A stretch of DNA of 64,000 nucleotides from Candidatus Micrarchaeota archaeon (lineage in GTDB: Archaea > Micrarchaeota > Micrarchaeia > Anstonellales > Anstonellaceae), in the NCBI GenBank assembly GCA_964581105.1, contig CAZOMB010000003.1, positions 4,421-68,420 on the forward strand, in the 5' to 3' direction. Shown one piece after another: positions 8,638 through 17,941 of the stretch. Numbering within the stretch: the stretch's first letter is position 1; every line of letters starts with the position of its first letter. The notes below the pieces were generated by a model that worked only from the letters and a program-made list of their open reading frames with translations, was not told the origin of the DNA and made no database searches. A program made the position numbers and the translations under genes.

Positions 8638-9468
8638 TCACTTTTCAGCTATTTCCACGCCTTGGTTTATGCCAAATCTAACTACCTTACCATTCTCACC
8701 GTGATTAATCTTGACCTCACCTGTTGAGTTCGATACTCTAAACCAAGTTATATCTCCGTCTTTTTCAAATTTGGGGTCTTTGAGAGTTTCAACTCCAAAG
8801 TGCTCAGTAAGAGGTATGGTTCCATATTCTTTTCCATCTCTGTAGATAATGCATTTTGTGCCAGCTATCAATAAAGTGCCAAAGTTGTCGTTCGTATAGG
8901 CAAGGGGTTTGTAAAGCCCTCCTTCAACAGGGACAAATGCATTTACCTCTACAACTTCACCTTTTCCTTCCTCTACCGGTTCTTTTATTAGCAGGAAACT
9001 CTCCCAGTTTTCGCTGAGGAAATAATGGAGAACCCCTTCTTCTGGGGATTTTGTTACAACCTCTATTTCAGTTCCGTCAAACTCTTTTATTCCAAGGACA
9101 GCCATCTGGTCTTCAGGCACAGTCACTGCTTCATATCCACGCATCAAGAACTGGCTTGTTCCCTTGAGGAGCTTTGTGCTTCTTGGCTCCTTATCAACAA
9201 CCTCTTTTGGGTCGTCGGTTTTTCCTGTTATTGTTTGGCTGGTTGAAGGCTTTGCAACGAGAGTTGTGATAATTGCTACAGCAGTAAATGCGATTTTCGG
9301 GTGCTTTAAGACCCAGCCCAATGTCTTGAGACCGACTTTTGTCTTTTCTACTGCCTTTTTTGCTTTTTCCCTGATAAATGTGCGGATTTTGTTCTGCTTT
9401 GAAGTGCCAGAAGTAAGGTCAGAAGTACGCTTTTGCTTTGCTTTGTGCGCCTTGTTGCCGTTTGCCAT
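8638..9468 (-). CDS. Type-II membrane-anchored protein
   Basis: Basic N-terminus MANGNKAHKAKQKR followed by the TM helix IAFTAVAIITTLVA. Its ATG is directly preceded by leader cassette copy 2. Confidence 0.55.
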   Translation of the reverse strand: MANGNKAHKAKQKRTSDLTSGTSKQNKIRTFIREKAKKAVEKTKVGLKTLGWVLKHPKIAFTAVAIITTLVAKPSTSQTITGKTDDPKEVVDKEPRSTKLLKGTSQFLMRGYEAVTVPEDQMAVLGIKEFDGTEIEVVTKSPEEGVLHYFLSENWESFLLIKEPVEEGKGEVVEVNAFVPVEGGLYKPLAYTNDNFGTLLIAGTKCIIYRDGKEYGTIPLTEHFGVETLKDPKFEKDGDITWFRVSNSTGEVKINHGENGKVVRFGINQGVEIAEK

Positions 9469-9476
9469 AGCATTAC

Positions 9477-9529
9477 CCTGTTGCCTCTGGTGGTAGTATT
9501 AGTCAAAGCCGGTTTTTAATGGTTTCTCC
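9477..9529 (-). promoter_or_regulatory. Duplicated promoter/5'-leader cassette, copy 2
   Basis: GGAGAAACCATTAAAAACCGGCTTTGACTAATACTACCACCAGAGGCAACAGGGTAATGCT then ATG, a 52/53-nt match to copy 1. It starts right after the stop codon of the regulator gene at 9542..10432. Confidence 0.5.
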
Positions 9530-9541
9530 CCTATTCTGGAA

Positions 9542-10432
9542 TCAGCCTGCCCTTCGCAAAAGAAGGTGCTTTCCTTTTCTTGTGAGCCGGTAATAAACGA
9601 ATTTCCTGCCAGGGGTTGCAAGCTTTTCAACAAGGCCTGCCTGCTGCAATGCCTCCAAGTGCTCAGATATTGTTGCCTTGCTTTTGCCAAGTTTTGAGGA
9701 AAGGTCTGTTGGTATTCTGTCTGCTTCAGAAAGCTGTTCCATTATTCCTGCCCTTGTCTTGTTTTCAAGAAGCCGGGTGTCATGCGCACTGATTTCAACC
9801 TGTGCCTGCCTTTGCTGCAAAATCAGGTATGATGCCACTATTATGAGCACAAATGCGCCTAATGCCTGCAAAGCCTGCCAGGTTCCTAGTTTCTCCCCTT
9901 CCAGCTCTGGCTCTTGAGGTGCTCTTGGGGCTGTTCCTGCTGTTTTTGCTTCAATCCCAAAATCCAGGCTTTCTTGTGCTGCTTTGGGAACAGCTGCCTC
10001 AGCAGAAGGCTCTTCATATTGTTCTGGCACTGGCATTTGGTTGCAAGTTTCAGGAGTAGCGCAGCCAGACCAGCTAGCTTGTTCACTGCAATAATAGTCA
10101 ACAGTGCTTAATGGGGCAAATCCTCTTGGGTCGCATTTTGTTTCAATTACCCCTAGGCTAATTAGGGCCTCAAGCTCATTTGAAAGAGCTGGTTGGCTCT
10201 CATCAGTGCCAGAAACTGATACTAAGATGCCTTGCGGGGAAGAAGATATGCTTGTTTTGTAATCCCCTTTGCTTGACTCATAAGTAAAAGTGTCATTTTC
10301 ATCAAAAGAGCCGTTAAGCGAGGGAGCAGAAGACAGGTTAAGGGAAGCTTCTGAAGAAAGGGTTGCACTAAAGGATGCAAAATAGGCACAGGAAAGCACT
10401 AAGCACACAAGCAATATGGCTGATAGTCTCAT
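9542..10432 (-). CDS. Membrane-tethered transcriptional regulator: signal peptide, Cys-containing extracellular domain, one TM helix, cytoplasmic ArsR-like winged HTH
   Basis: N-terminus MRLSAILLVCLVLSCAYFASF, TM helix LGAFVLIIVASYLIL, and C-terminus LSSKLGKSKATISEHLEALQQAGLVEKLATPGRKFVYYRLTRKG (wHTH). TTTTTATAA and GGAGG lie upstream of the ATG. Confidence 0.6.
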   Translation of the reverse strand: MRLSAILLVCLVLSCAYFASFSATLSSEASLNLSSAPSLNGSFDENDTFTYESSKGDYKTSISSSPQGILVSVSGTDESQPALSNELEALISLGVIETKCDPRGFAPLSTVDYYCSEQASWSGCATPETCNQMPVPEQYEEPSAEAAVPKAAQESLDFGIEAKTAGTAPRAPQEPELEGEKLGTWQALQALGAFVLIIVASYLILQQRQAQVEISAHDTRLLENKTRAGIMEQLSEADRIPTDLSSKLGKSKATISEHLEALQQAGLVEKLATPGRKFVYYRLTRKGKHLLLRRAG

Positions 10433-10574
10433 AGAAGAAGTGTGCCTCCAACCTTATAAAAATTGTTCGCTTTTTGTTCGGTGCATCTTGCCGGGCAAGG
10501 CATCAGTGCTGCCATAGCAGCACCGGGAAAAGCGATTCATTCTGCTCACAGAATGTGCATCGGTTTTTGTTCGG

Positions 10575-10769
10575 TCAGCGGGCAAGCTTTATATCTGAAG
10601 ATGTCACTGTTTTCCTGCCTGCATGCTTTGCGTATTTTATTGCCCTTGTTGAAATGTCAACCCCTATCTTCTCAAGTGTCTCTGCAAGCTCTGTTGCTGC
10701 GCTGTCACTTACCCTGTCAGCGCCGCATGAGCGTATTATTTTCTCAACAGGGGCTTTTGGAAGTATCAT
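10575..10769 (-). CDS. Archaeal histone (HMf family)
   Basis: MILPKAPVEKIIRSCGADRVSDSAATELAETLEKIGVDISTRAIKYAKHAGRKTVTSSDIKLAR aligns with HMfB (PIAPIGRIIK..AERVSDDA..AKHAGRKT). GGTGG lies 6 nt before the ATG and CATTTAATTACC about 30 nt upstream. The ORF track's TTG-extended start at 10793 is less likely. Confidence 0.85.
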   Translation of the reverse strand: MILPKAPVEKIIRSCGADRVSDSAATELAETLEKIGVDISTRAIKYAKHAGRKTVTSSDIKLAR

Positions 10770-10819
10770 AAGACCACCGGCATTATACCTCAATTAGGTA
10801 ATTAAATGCTTGCGTACAA

Positions 10820-12343
10820 GTGTGTTTTATGCAAGGCTTTTTGAGAAAAGGCATAACTCCCCGGGCATACCAGAGAGCAATAGCAGGCTCTGCCCTGGCA
10901 AGCGGCAATACATTGGTTGTGCTGCCAACCGGCCTGGGCAAAACCTTGATTGCCTTTCTTGTTATAGAGGAAAAAGTAAAGCAGGGAAGAGCGGTTTTCC
11001 TTGCCCCGACAAAGCCTCTTGTACAGCAGCATCACAGGACTTTTCTTGAACTGACTCATTTTCCTGGGGAAGAAACTGCCTTGATTACAGGTGAAGTGCA
11101 GCCAAAAAACAGGGAAAAGATGTGGAACAAAAGAGTGTGCTTTTCAACCCCCCAGTCCTTGCAAAATGATTTGAAGAGGGGGAGAACAGGCGCTGACTTT
11201 TCCCTTTGCATAATTGATGAGGCACACAGGTCAGTTGGAAACTATGCATATACTTATGTTGCTGAAAAGTGCAATGAAAAAGGGGCACTTATTTTAGGGC
11301 TTACTGCCTCGCCAGGGGGAAGCAAAAAAAGGATAGAAGAAATAGTCAATGCATTGGGCATACAAAACATTGAGATAAGGACTGCAGCTGACTCTGATGT
11401 TGCCTCATATGTAAAGCCCCTTGAAATTAATTTTGTAAGGGTGGCTTTGGGAAAAAGCTTTTCAGAGATAAAAAAGCTTCTTGAGGCAATGCTAAAAGAC
11501 TACTCAAAGTACTTGTCAAACTTTGGGTTTCATGCGCCTTTAAAGTCAAAAAAGGGGCTGGTTGAGCTTAGGGTAAAAATAATGAGGATGTCAAGCAGAA
11601 TAAAGTACTCTGCTTTGTCATTTTACTCGTCTGTTTTCAATGTTGTGCACATGCTTGAGCTCATAGAGACACAGGGGCTTGCAACATTTCTTTCATATGT
11701 TGAAAAGCTGAAAACAAGGCCAGATACAAAGGCAAGAAGGAGGATATTTGCTGACAAGAGGTTTATGCAAGTATTGAAGCTGTGCCAAACCTCTTCTGAG
11801 CACCCAAAGCTTTGCGAGCTAATCAAAATACTGTCCGGCTTAAAGGGGGAAAAAGTGCTGGTATTTGCCCAGTACAGGGACCAGGTAAAAACAATTGTCA
11901 GCACTTTGCAGGAAAACGGGTTTTCTGCAAAAAGGTTTGTAGGGAAAAAGGAAGGGGTCACCTCCAAAGAGCAGAAAAAGACAATTGAGAAATTTGCAAA
12001 AGGCCAGTTTGACATAATGGTTGCAACCTCAATAGGCGAAGAAGGGCTGGACATACCTTCAGTTGACACCGTAGTATTCTTTGAGCCAATTGCATCTGAA
12101 ATCCGCTCAATACAAAGGAGGGGAAGGGCAGGAAGGCTAAAAGCAGGCAAAGTAATAGTGCTAATCACAGTCGGCACAAGGGATGAGGCCTACTTTTACT
12201 CTTCAAGGAAAAAAGAGGAGAACATGAAAAGGATTGTTGGCAAAATGAAAAGGAAATTTGCTGCCCCTGGGCAAAAGAAAAGGCCCCAAAAGAAAAGGAG
12301 GGGAAAAAGCCAGCCTGTGCAAAGGAAAATCACAGACTTCTGA
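10820..12343 (+). CDS. Hef/FANCM-like SF2 DNA helicase, helicase core only with no nuclease domain
   Basis: Motif I LPTGLGKT, motif II DEAH, motif VI QRRGRAGR, and a basic C-terminal tail. Confidence 0.7.
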   Translation: MCFMQGFLRKGITPRAYQRAIAGSALASGNTLVVLPTGLGKTLIAFLVIEEKVKQGRAVFLAPTKPLVQQHHRTFLELTHFPGEETALITGEVQPKNREKMWNKRVCFSTPQSLQNDLKRGRTGADFSLCIIDEAHRSVGNYAYTYVAEKCNEKGALILGLTASPGGSKKRIEEIVNALGIQNIEIRTAADSDVASYVKPLEINFVRVALGKSFSEIKKLLEAMLKDYSKYLSNFGFHAPLKSKKGLVELRVKIMRMSSRIKYSALSFYSSVFNVVHMLELIETQGLATFLSYVEKLKTRPDTKARRRIFADKRFMQVLKLCQTSSEHPKLCELIKILSGLKGEKVLVFAQYRDQVKTIVSTLQENGFSAKRFVGKKEGVTSKEQKKTIEKFAKGQFDIMVATSIGEEGLDIPSVDTVVFFEPIASEIRSIQRRGRAGRLKAGKVIVLITVGTRDEAYFYSSRKKEENMKRIVGKMKRKFAAPGQKKRPQKKRRGKSQPVQRKITDF

Positions 12344-12376
12344 TGACTTTTTAAGCCTATTTTATCTTATTTTACC

Positions 12377-15040
12377 ATGAAAGAGCCAAGCTGGCACTCA
12401 ATGTCCCTCAAATCACTATTTTCTGAGCTTAGCACAAAAGACTCAGGGCTTACTGAAAAGGCAGCAAATGCAAGGCTTGCAAATTATGGCAAAAACCAGA
12501 TTGAGGAAATAAAAAAAGACCCATGGTATATGATGCTTTTGGGCCAGTTCAACAACTTGCCGATAATACTTCTTATTGCAGCTGCTGCAATCTCATTTGC
12601 CCTTGGAATGACTGTTGATGAAAAGAAGATAATAGACGGCATTGCAATAACAGTTGCAATCCTGCTTGCAGTCTTTTTCAGCTTTTTCCAGGAGTACAAG
12701 GCAGAGCGGGCGTTGGAGGCACTAAAAAAGCTCATGGTGCCCCGCTCAGTTGTGCTAAGAGGGGGAAAAGAAGTTTCAATTGATTCAAGATTCATTGTGC
12801 CTGGAGACATACTTGTGCTTGAGGAAGGCTCAAGGGTTGCTGCAGATGTTAGGCTTATTGAGGCAGTAAATATAGCTTCTGACCAGTCAACCTTGACAGG
12901 GGAATCAAGGCCTTCTGCAAAAGATGCCTGTACAGTGCCTTCGAAAAAAGTGCTGTCAGAGCAGAACAACATGCTGTTTGCAGGAACAGTTATTGTAAGG
13001 GGCCATGGGCTGGGAGTGGTGGTAAGGACTGGCATGCACACAGAGTTTGGCAAAATAGTTGGCTATGTTACAGAAAAAAAGCCAAAAGAGACAACTTTGC
13101 AAAAGAGCCTTGCAGATTTGGCAAAAAACCTTGGCTATGCAGGAATAATTTTGGCGGCCCTATTTTTTGCAATAGGCATTTTCAGGGGAGAAACAGCTGC
13201 AAACATGTTCATTGTCGCAGTAGCGCTTGCTGTTGCAGTCATCCCAGAAGGCCTTCCGACAGTGCTTGCAATAACTTTGGCAATCGGCGTTCAGAAAATG
13301 GCAAAAAAGAATGCAATAGTCAGGAAAATGCCTGCAGTTGAGACCCTTGGCTCTGCAACTGTAATTTGCACAGACAAGACAGGGACAATAACAAAGAACA
13401 AGATGCAGGTGCAGCAAATAATACTTGCAGACAGGACATATTCAATAGGATATGGAAAACTGTCCCCTTCGGCAGCAAAAAGGGACAAAGTGCTTGCAAA
13501 AGCGCTTGAAATAATGGCACTTTGCAACAATGCAATGGTTGTAAGGGAAGAAGGCAAGGAAACTGTGTCAGGCGACCCTACTGAAACAGCGCTTTTGAGC
13601 GCAGTTGGCTCATGCTCTGTAAATGCAAGGAGGATGAGGTCAGGGCACAGGCTTGTTGGGGAAGTGCCTTTTGACTCTGGCAGGAAAATGATGAGCTCTG
13701 TCCGGCTTTTTGGCAAGAAAAGAATAGCCCTGGTAAAAGGGGCGCCTGAGAAAATAATCTCAAAATGCTCAAAAATGCTTGACTCAAAAGGGGAGCAAAG
13801 GCTCACTCAAGTGAAAAAAAGAATGCTGAACATGGATTCGCAAATGCTTGGCGAGGATGGGATGCGCGTGCTTGCGCTTGCCTACAGGCAGGTGCCAAAG
13901 CTTTCAAAGCATACCGCCTCAAATACTGAAAAATCCCTTGTTTTTGTCGGCTTGGTTGCAATGGAAGACCCGCCAAGGGAGGAAGTGCCAGAGGCAATAA
14001 GCCTGTGCCGGTCTGCCGGAATAAGGGTAGTAATGATTACAGGCGACTCTCTTCAGACTGCAAAGGCAATTGCATCAAAGGTCGGGCTTTTTGAAAAAGG
14101 CTCAATGGTTGTTGACGGCTCTGAGCTAAAGTCAATGGATGACACAGAGCTTGACTCAATCCTTTATTCAACAACAGTATTTGCAAGGGTCACTCCAGAG
14201 CAAAAGTACAGGATAGTCAGGGCATTTATGAGGCAAGGGGAAATAGTTGCAGTGACAGGCGATGGGGTCAATGATGCTCCTGCAATAAAAAAGGCCCATA
14301 TAGGGGTTGCAATGGGCGTTGTTGGCACAGATGTAACCTCCGAAGTATCAGACATTGTGCTTACTGATGACAATTTCTCATCAATAGTAAATGCAGTCAA
14401 GTATGGGAGGACCATATTCAATAACATAAAGTCATTTGTAAGGTACCAGATTTCAACAAACGTTGCCGCGATTTCACTTATGTTTGCAGCGCCTGCGCTT
14501 TCACTTCCTCTTCCTTTGCTGCCTCTCCAGCTTCTGTGGATAAATATTATGATTGACGGGCCTCCAGCACTTGCCCTTGGCGCAGAGCCGCCTTCAAAAG
14601 ATGAGATGAAACGCCCCCCTCGGGATCAGAAAAAGCCATTCATAGGCAGGAACCTTGTTCTTTCAATAACAAGCTTAGGCTTACTTATGGCATCAATTGG
14701 CTTAGTTGTATTTGTCTTTTACCTTTCCTACAGCCCTGAAAGGGCGTTTACAGTGGTATTTACTCTATTTGTATTTTTGCAGCTTTTCAATGCACTTAAC
14801 TGCAGGTCTGCCACTGAATCAATATTTTCCCGGTTTTTTGCCAACCCCTATGTATTTTTGGCAATACTGGTATCGCTTTTGCTGCATCTGGCAATTGTTT
14901 ATTATGCGCCGCTTCAGGAGGTATTCAAGACAGTTCCTCTTGTGCCAGGCGACTTTGCTATTATAATAGCTGCTGCGCTTCTTGTAATAGTATTTGAGGA
15001 GATAAAGAAAAAGATAATGCCATTTACTACTGCCTACTGA
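12377..15040 (+). CDS. P-type cation-transporting ATPase (P2-type, Ca2+-ATPase-like)
   Basis: Phosphorylation motif CTDKTGTIT, hinge VTGDGVNDAPAIKKAHIGVAMG, TGES-like TGESRP, and about 10 TM helices. Confidence 0.9.
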   Translation: MKEPSWHSMSLKSLFSELSTKDSGLTEKAANARLANYGKNQIEEIKKDPWYMMLLGQFNNLPIILLIAAAAISFALGMTVDEKKIIDGIAITVAILLAVFFSFFQEYKAERALEALKKLMVPRSVVLRGGKEVSIDSRFIVPGDILVLEEGSRVAADVRLIEAVNIASDQSTLTGESRPSAKDACTVPSKKVLSEQNNMLFAGTVIVRGHGLGVVVRTGMHTEFGKIVGYVTEKKPKETTLQKSLADLAKNLGYAGIILAALFFAIGIFRGETAANMFIVAVALAVAVIPEGLPTVLAITLAIGVQKMAKKNAIVRKMPAVETLGSATVICTDKTGTITKNKMQVQQIILADRTYSIGYGKLSPSAAKRDKVLAKALEIMALCNNAMVVREEGKETVSGDPTETALLSAVGSCSVNARRMRSGHRLVGEVPFDSGRKMMSSVRLFGKKRIALVKGAPEKIISKCSKMLDSKGEQRLTQVKKRMLNMDSQMLGEDGMRVLALAYRQVPKLSKHTASNTEKSLVFVGLVAMEDPPREEVPEAISLCRSAGIRVVMITGDSLQTAKAIASKVGLFEKGSMVVDGSELKSMDDTELDSILYSTTVFARVTPEQKYRIVRAFMRQGEIVAVTGDGVNDAPAIKKAHIGVAMGVVGTDVTSEVSDIVLTDDNFSSIVNAVKYGRTIFNNIKSFVRYQISTNVAAISLMFAAPALSLPLPLLPLQLLWINIMIDGPPALALGAEPPSKDEMKRPPRDQKKPFIGRNLVLSITSLGLLMASIGLVVFVFYLSYSPERAFTVVFTLFVFLQLFNALNCRSATESIFSRFFANPYVFLAILVSLLLHLAIVYYAPLQEVFKTVPLVPGDFAIIIAAALLVIVFEEIKKKIMPFTTAY

Positions 15041-15540
15041 ACCTTTTGCATTCTGTTTAGAAAGCCCTTTGCTTTTTCTGTTATGCTTTTGGAGCCAAGC
15101 TCAACAATTACTGCCCCTTGGTCAGGCTGCCCATATACAAGTGTTCCTTTTTTTGCCCTTGCCATTATAGCAAGAGAGGATAAGTCATCCTCCCCAACAA
15201 CAAAAATTGCGCCTTTTTCCTTTTCAAGCACTTTTTCAATTGCAATCAATAGCTCGTCAGATATATGGCCTGCCCCTGATAAAACAGCATATGCCTCTTT
15301 TGCATGCGGCACAAATGTTTTTTTCATTTCTTTTGGGATTTCAACCCGTTTTACCTTAAAGTCAAATACTATTATGTCGGGTGCAATCCCTGCAGTTATC
15401 AAGTCATGTGCACACTGGTCGCCAACAGCAATAAGCGGTTTGATTGCCTTTTTGCTTTCCTGCAAAAACTCCTTTCCCCTTAAAACCCTTCCAAAGGGCT
15501 TTCTTATTTCTTCTCTCATGTTTTCAGGCAGCACAAGCAT
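15034..15540 (-). CDS. DUF359-family protein, candidate archaeal GTP-dependent dephospho-CoA kinase
   Basis: A 168-aa protein with IAVGDQCAHDL, VVGEDDLSSLA and VYGQPDQGAVIV, recalled from memory as DUF359/COG1909 motifs. Confidence 0.5.
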   Translation of the reverse strand: MLVLPENMREEIRKPFGRVLRGKEFLQESKKAIKPLIAVGDQCAHDLITAGIAPDIIVFDFKVKRVEIPKEMKKTFVPHAKEAYAVLSGAGHISDELLIAIEKVLEKEKGAIFVVGEDDLSSLAIMARAKKGTLVYGQPDQGAVIVELGSKSITEKAKGFLNRMQKVQ

Positions 15541-15545
15541 ATTAA

Positions 15546-16217
15546 TCAGCCCAAAGTATCTGCAGAGCCATCCTGCTTGCCAACAATGACAACTGGCCTT
15601 TTGTTGGCAAATATCCCATTGTCAACAACGCCAGGAATGCTGTTAATCATCTTCTCAAGCTTTGCAGGCTCTTGTATTTCCCCAAACTCAACATGCAGCA
15701 TAAGGTTTGAGTTGTCGCTTATGAATTTCCTTTCCCCTTTCATCCTGGTTTCAAATTTCTTTGCCCCGATTTTAACAAGGTCCATTTTCACTGCCTCTTC
15801 AGCCATTGGGATAACTTCAATTGGCACTGTTCCTGATAGCTTTTGAACAAGCTTGTTTTGCCCTGCCATTACAATGAATTTTCCTGCCCTGTAGTCTACT
15901 ATTTTCTCCCTTACCAAAGCCCCGCCAAGTCCCTTTATTAGGTTCAATTTTTTATCCACTTTATCAGCTCCGTCAAATGCAATGTCAAGCTCTTTTATCT
16001 TGCCAAAGCCAGCAAGCTTTAAGCCAAGCCCTTTTGCCTGCTCTTCAGATGCCACAGATGTTGCAATGCAGGTAAGCTTTAGGTCCTCTTTTTTGTTAAG
16101 CTCTCCAAGCATGTCAATGAATATTTTTGCAGTGCTGCCTGTGCCAAGCCCTATTTTCATGCCTGGCTTTACCATTTTAAGGGCCTGTGCTGCTGCAGCC
16201 TGCTTTTCATTGTGCAT
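15546..16217 (-). CDS. rpiA: Ribose-5-phosphate isomerase A
   Basis: GLGTGSTAKIFIDMLG and DGADKVDKKLNLIKGLGGALVREKIV. Confidence 0.9.
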   Translation of the reverse strand: MHNEKQAAAAQALKMVKPGMKIGLGTGSTAKIFIDMLGELNKKEDLKLTCIATSVASEEQAKGLGLKLAGFGKIKELDIAFDGADKVDKKLNLIKGLGGALVREKIVDYRAGKFIVMAGQNKLVQKLSGTVPIEVIPMAEEAVKMDLVKIGAKKFETRMKGERKFISDNSNLMLHVEFGEIQEPAKLEKMINSIPGVVDNGIFANKRPVVIVGKQDGSADTLG

Positions 16218-16228
16218 ATTATCATCCC

Positions 16229-16774
16229 CTATATAGTTTTCAGGAGGTCTGCTTTAGTTATTATGCCTGCTATTTTGCCTTTTTGCATTACCAGCACTGC
16301 TGAGTGGTGGCGCAGCAAATAAGCAATTGCAGAGATTGGGGTTGTCAAAAGCGCAGTCGGGAATGCCTCTTCCATTGCGTCATGCACTTTCATTCTTGCT
16401 ATCTTTTTTGCGTCAGTTGAAAAATTGGAAAGAATTGCCTGTTCTGAGATGCTGCCAATTACCTGCTTTCCCTGCATGACAGGCATTTGTGAAATCGAGT
16501 ATTTTCTCATTTTTGTTGCTGCAGATGACAATGGCTCTGAGGAAGAAACAGTCTTTACGCCTGCGTTCATTATCTCTTTTGCTGCCTTTTCCTTTGAGTA
16601 ATGCTCTCTTTGCAAAACTTCTATGATTTTCTTCACTTTTGAGTAGGCAGGGTCAATGCTTCCTGCCTCTACTTTTGCAACCAATGACTGGGAAACGCCT
16701 GCCATTTTTGCAAGCTGGTGCTGGGTGATTCCAAGCTTTTTCCTAAGCTCCTTTATTCTCCTGATATCATCCAT
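16229..16774 (-). CDS. Transcriptional regulator: XRE-type HTH followed by a CBS domain pair
   Basis: N-terminus LRKKLGITQHQLAKMAGVSQSLVAKVEAG, then two CBS-like segments. Confidence 0.75.
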   Translation of the reverse strand: MDDIRRIKELRKKLGITQHQLAKMAGVSQSLVAKVEAGSIDPAYSKVKKIIEVLQREHYSKEKAAKEIMNAGVKTVSSSEPLSSAATKMRKYSISQMPVMQGKQVIGSISEQAILSNFSTDAKKIARMKVHDAMEEAFPTALLTTPISAIAYLLRHHSAVLVMQKGKIAGIITKADLLKTI

Positions 16775-16828
16775 GCTAAAGGTTCAATTGCTACTGTTTA
16801 TATTCCTAATGGAATTATTGCCTGCTAA

Positions 16829-17209
16829 TCAAACCATTATTCCTTCGGTTTTTATCTTGTTTTTTGTTACATGGCTTCCGTATTTTGCCAAAAGAGAGTT
16901 TATAAAATTGGAAAGGCCCCTACAATTCTTCTTAGCCTCTTTGAACTCATCCAAAATCTGTTTTTTGTACTCTGGCAGGTTTTCTGTTTTCAAGATGTCC
17001 TCTCCAATTTCTTTGATAATTTGCTTTGATTCTTCCAGCCCAACGCTTATTCTGTCTGCCACAGTGAATGATTTTATCCTCCTGTTGACTACTGCCATGG
17101 CTTTTGAGAACATTTCATATTTGTCGCCTCTGCTCATGCCTTGGAGTATAGTTTTTACATTATTTTTGACTTTTTGATTATTCAAGCCTATCACCTGCTT
17201 TTTTCTCAT
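16829..17209 (-). CDS. Hypothetical protein
   Basis: A 126-aa K-rich ORF with no recognisable motif. Confidence 0.4.
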   Translation of the reverse strand: MRKKQVIGLNNQKVKNNVKTILQGMSRGDKYEMFSKAMAVVNRRIKSFTVADRISVGLEESKQIIKEIGEDILKTENLPEYKKQILDEFKEAKKNCRGLSNFINSLLAKYGSHVTKNKIKTEGIMV

Positions 17210-17307
17210 GTGCAGGTGCTTATATACTTCCCTGAAAGAATTATTCTTATCGGAATTAAGAGAAAAAAGAGCAGAGAGTTAACTCTGCTTCTGAAAATAT
17301 AGCCTGC

Positions 17308-17505
17308 CTATTCCCTGCCAAACCTGTTGAGAAGGTCAATGGCCACAAAGAAGAAGAGCATTCCCCCAATTGGCCAATATGCCCAGTCAATGCCTCCTCC
17401 ACTGGCATAGTCAATTGCCAAAAGAGCAAGAGAGATTATCACAAACACGCCTATGTTGTACCACCACTTCTTTTTTCCTTTCTTTTTTGCCAAGAGAACC
17501 ACCAT
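17308..17505 (-). CDS. Small 2-TM membrane protein
   Basis: A 65-aa protein with a KKKGKKK N-terminus and two hydrophobic helices. Confidence 0.4.
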   Translation of the reverse strand: MVVLLAKKKGKKKWWYNIGVFVIISLALLAIDYASGGGIDWAYWPIGGMLFFFVAIDLLNRFGRE

Positions 17506-17636
17506 ATTCCTGTTCAGTGGTGAGATTGTTAAGCCTTGCGCCTAAGAAAAAGAAACATGCCATTAGCTTTCTGCCTGCCGGCAGCAAGGCTGTCATTTTT
17601 CTTGAGAAGAAAAATGCCAAGGGCGAGATTTGTCCA

Positions 17637-17835
17637 GTTTTTCCGTGAACGCTTTTGCGCAGCAGCGGAAAAGGGTTCTTGAACTCGCGGCTTCCAGATT
17701 TCTCAGTTTTAGCCTGAAGAACAATTTCAACAGGCAATGCCTTTCTATATCATTGCTGCTCTCACAGCTCATCACTCACAAGTATTACTCCTTTTTGGTG
17801 GAGCTTTTTAGGCATCCCAAAAAAGGTCCTATGAG
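17637..17835. repeat. Two hairpin/T-tract elements (17637..17686 and 17791..17835) of the family also clustered at 19818..20035
   Basis: TTTTTCCGTGAACGCTTTTGCGCAGCAGCGGAAAAGGGTTCTTGAAC and TTTTTGGTGGAGCTTTTTAGGCATCCCAAAAAAGGTCC have near-identical relatives at 19987..20035 and 19911..19950. Confidence 0.6.
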
Positions 17836-17941
17836 TCTGGCACTCTAACCAAATTCCTCTGTAGAAATGCAGGCACTCCTACATCTGAGTTACCTTGGCA
17901 CAAATGCTATATGGATGAAAAGGCATTAAAAAGGAGTATTT

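Noticed and set aside
12484-14427. ORFs 12484..13053, 13160..13417, 13291..13806, 14164..14427 (-)
   Set aside because: All are antisense to the well-supported P-type ATPase gene.
17411-17775. ORFs 17411..17737 and 17593..17775
   Set aside because: They translate the hairpin/T-tract repeats and share peptide snippets (FRCCAKAFTEK) with ORF 19751..20038 at the other repeat array, which is a sign of repeat translation rather than genes.
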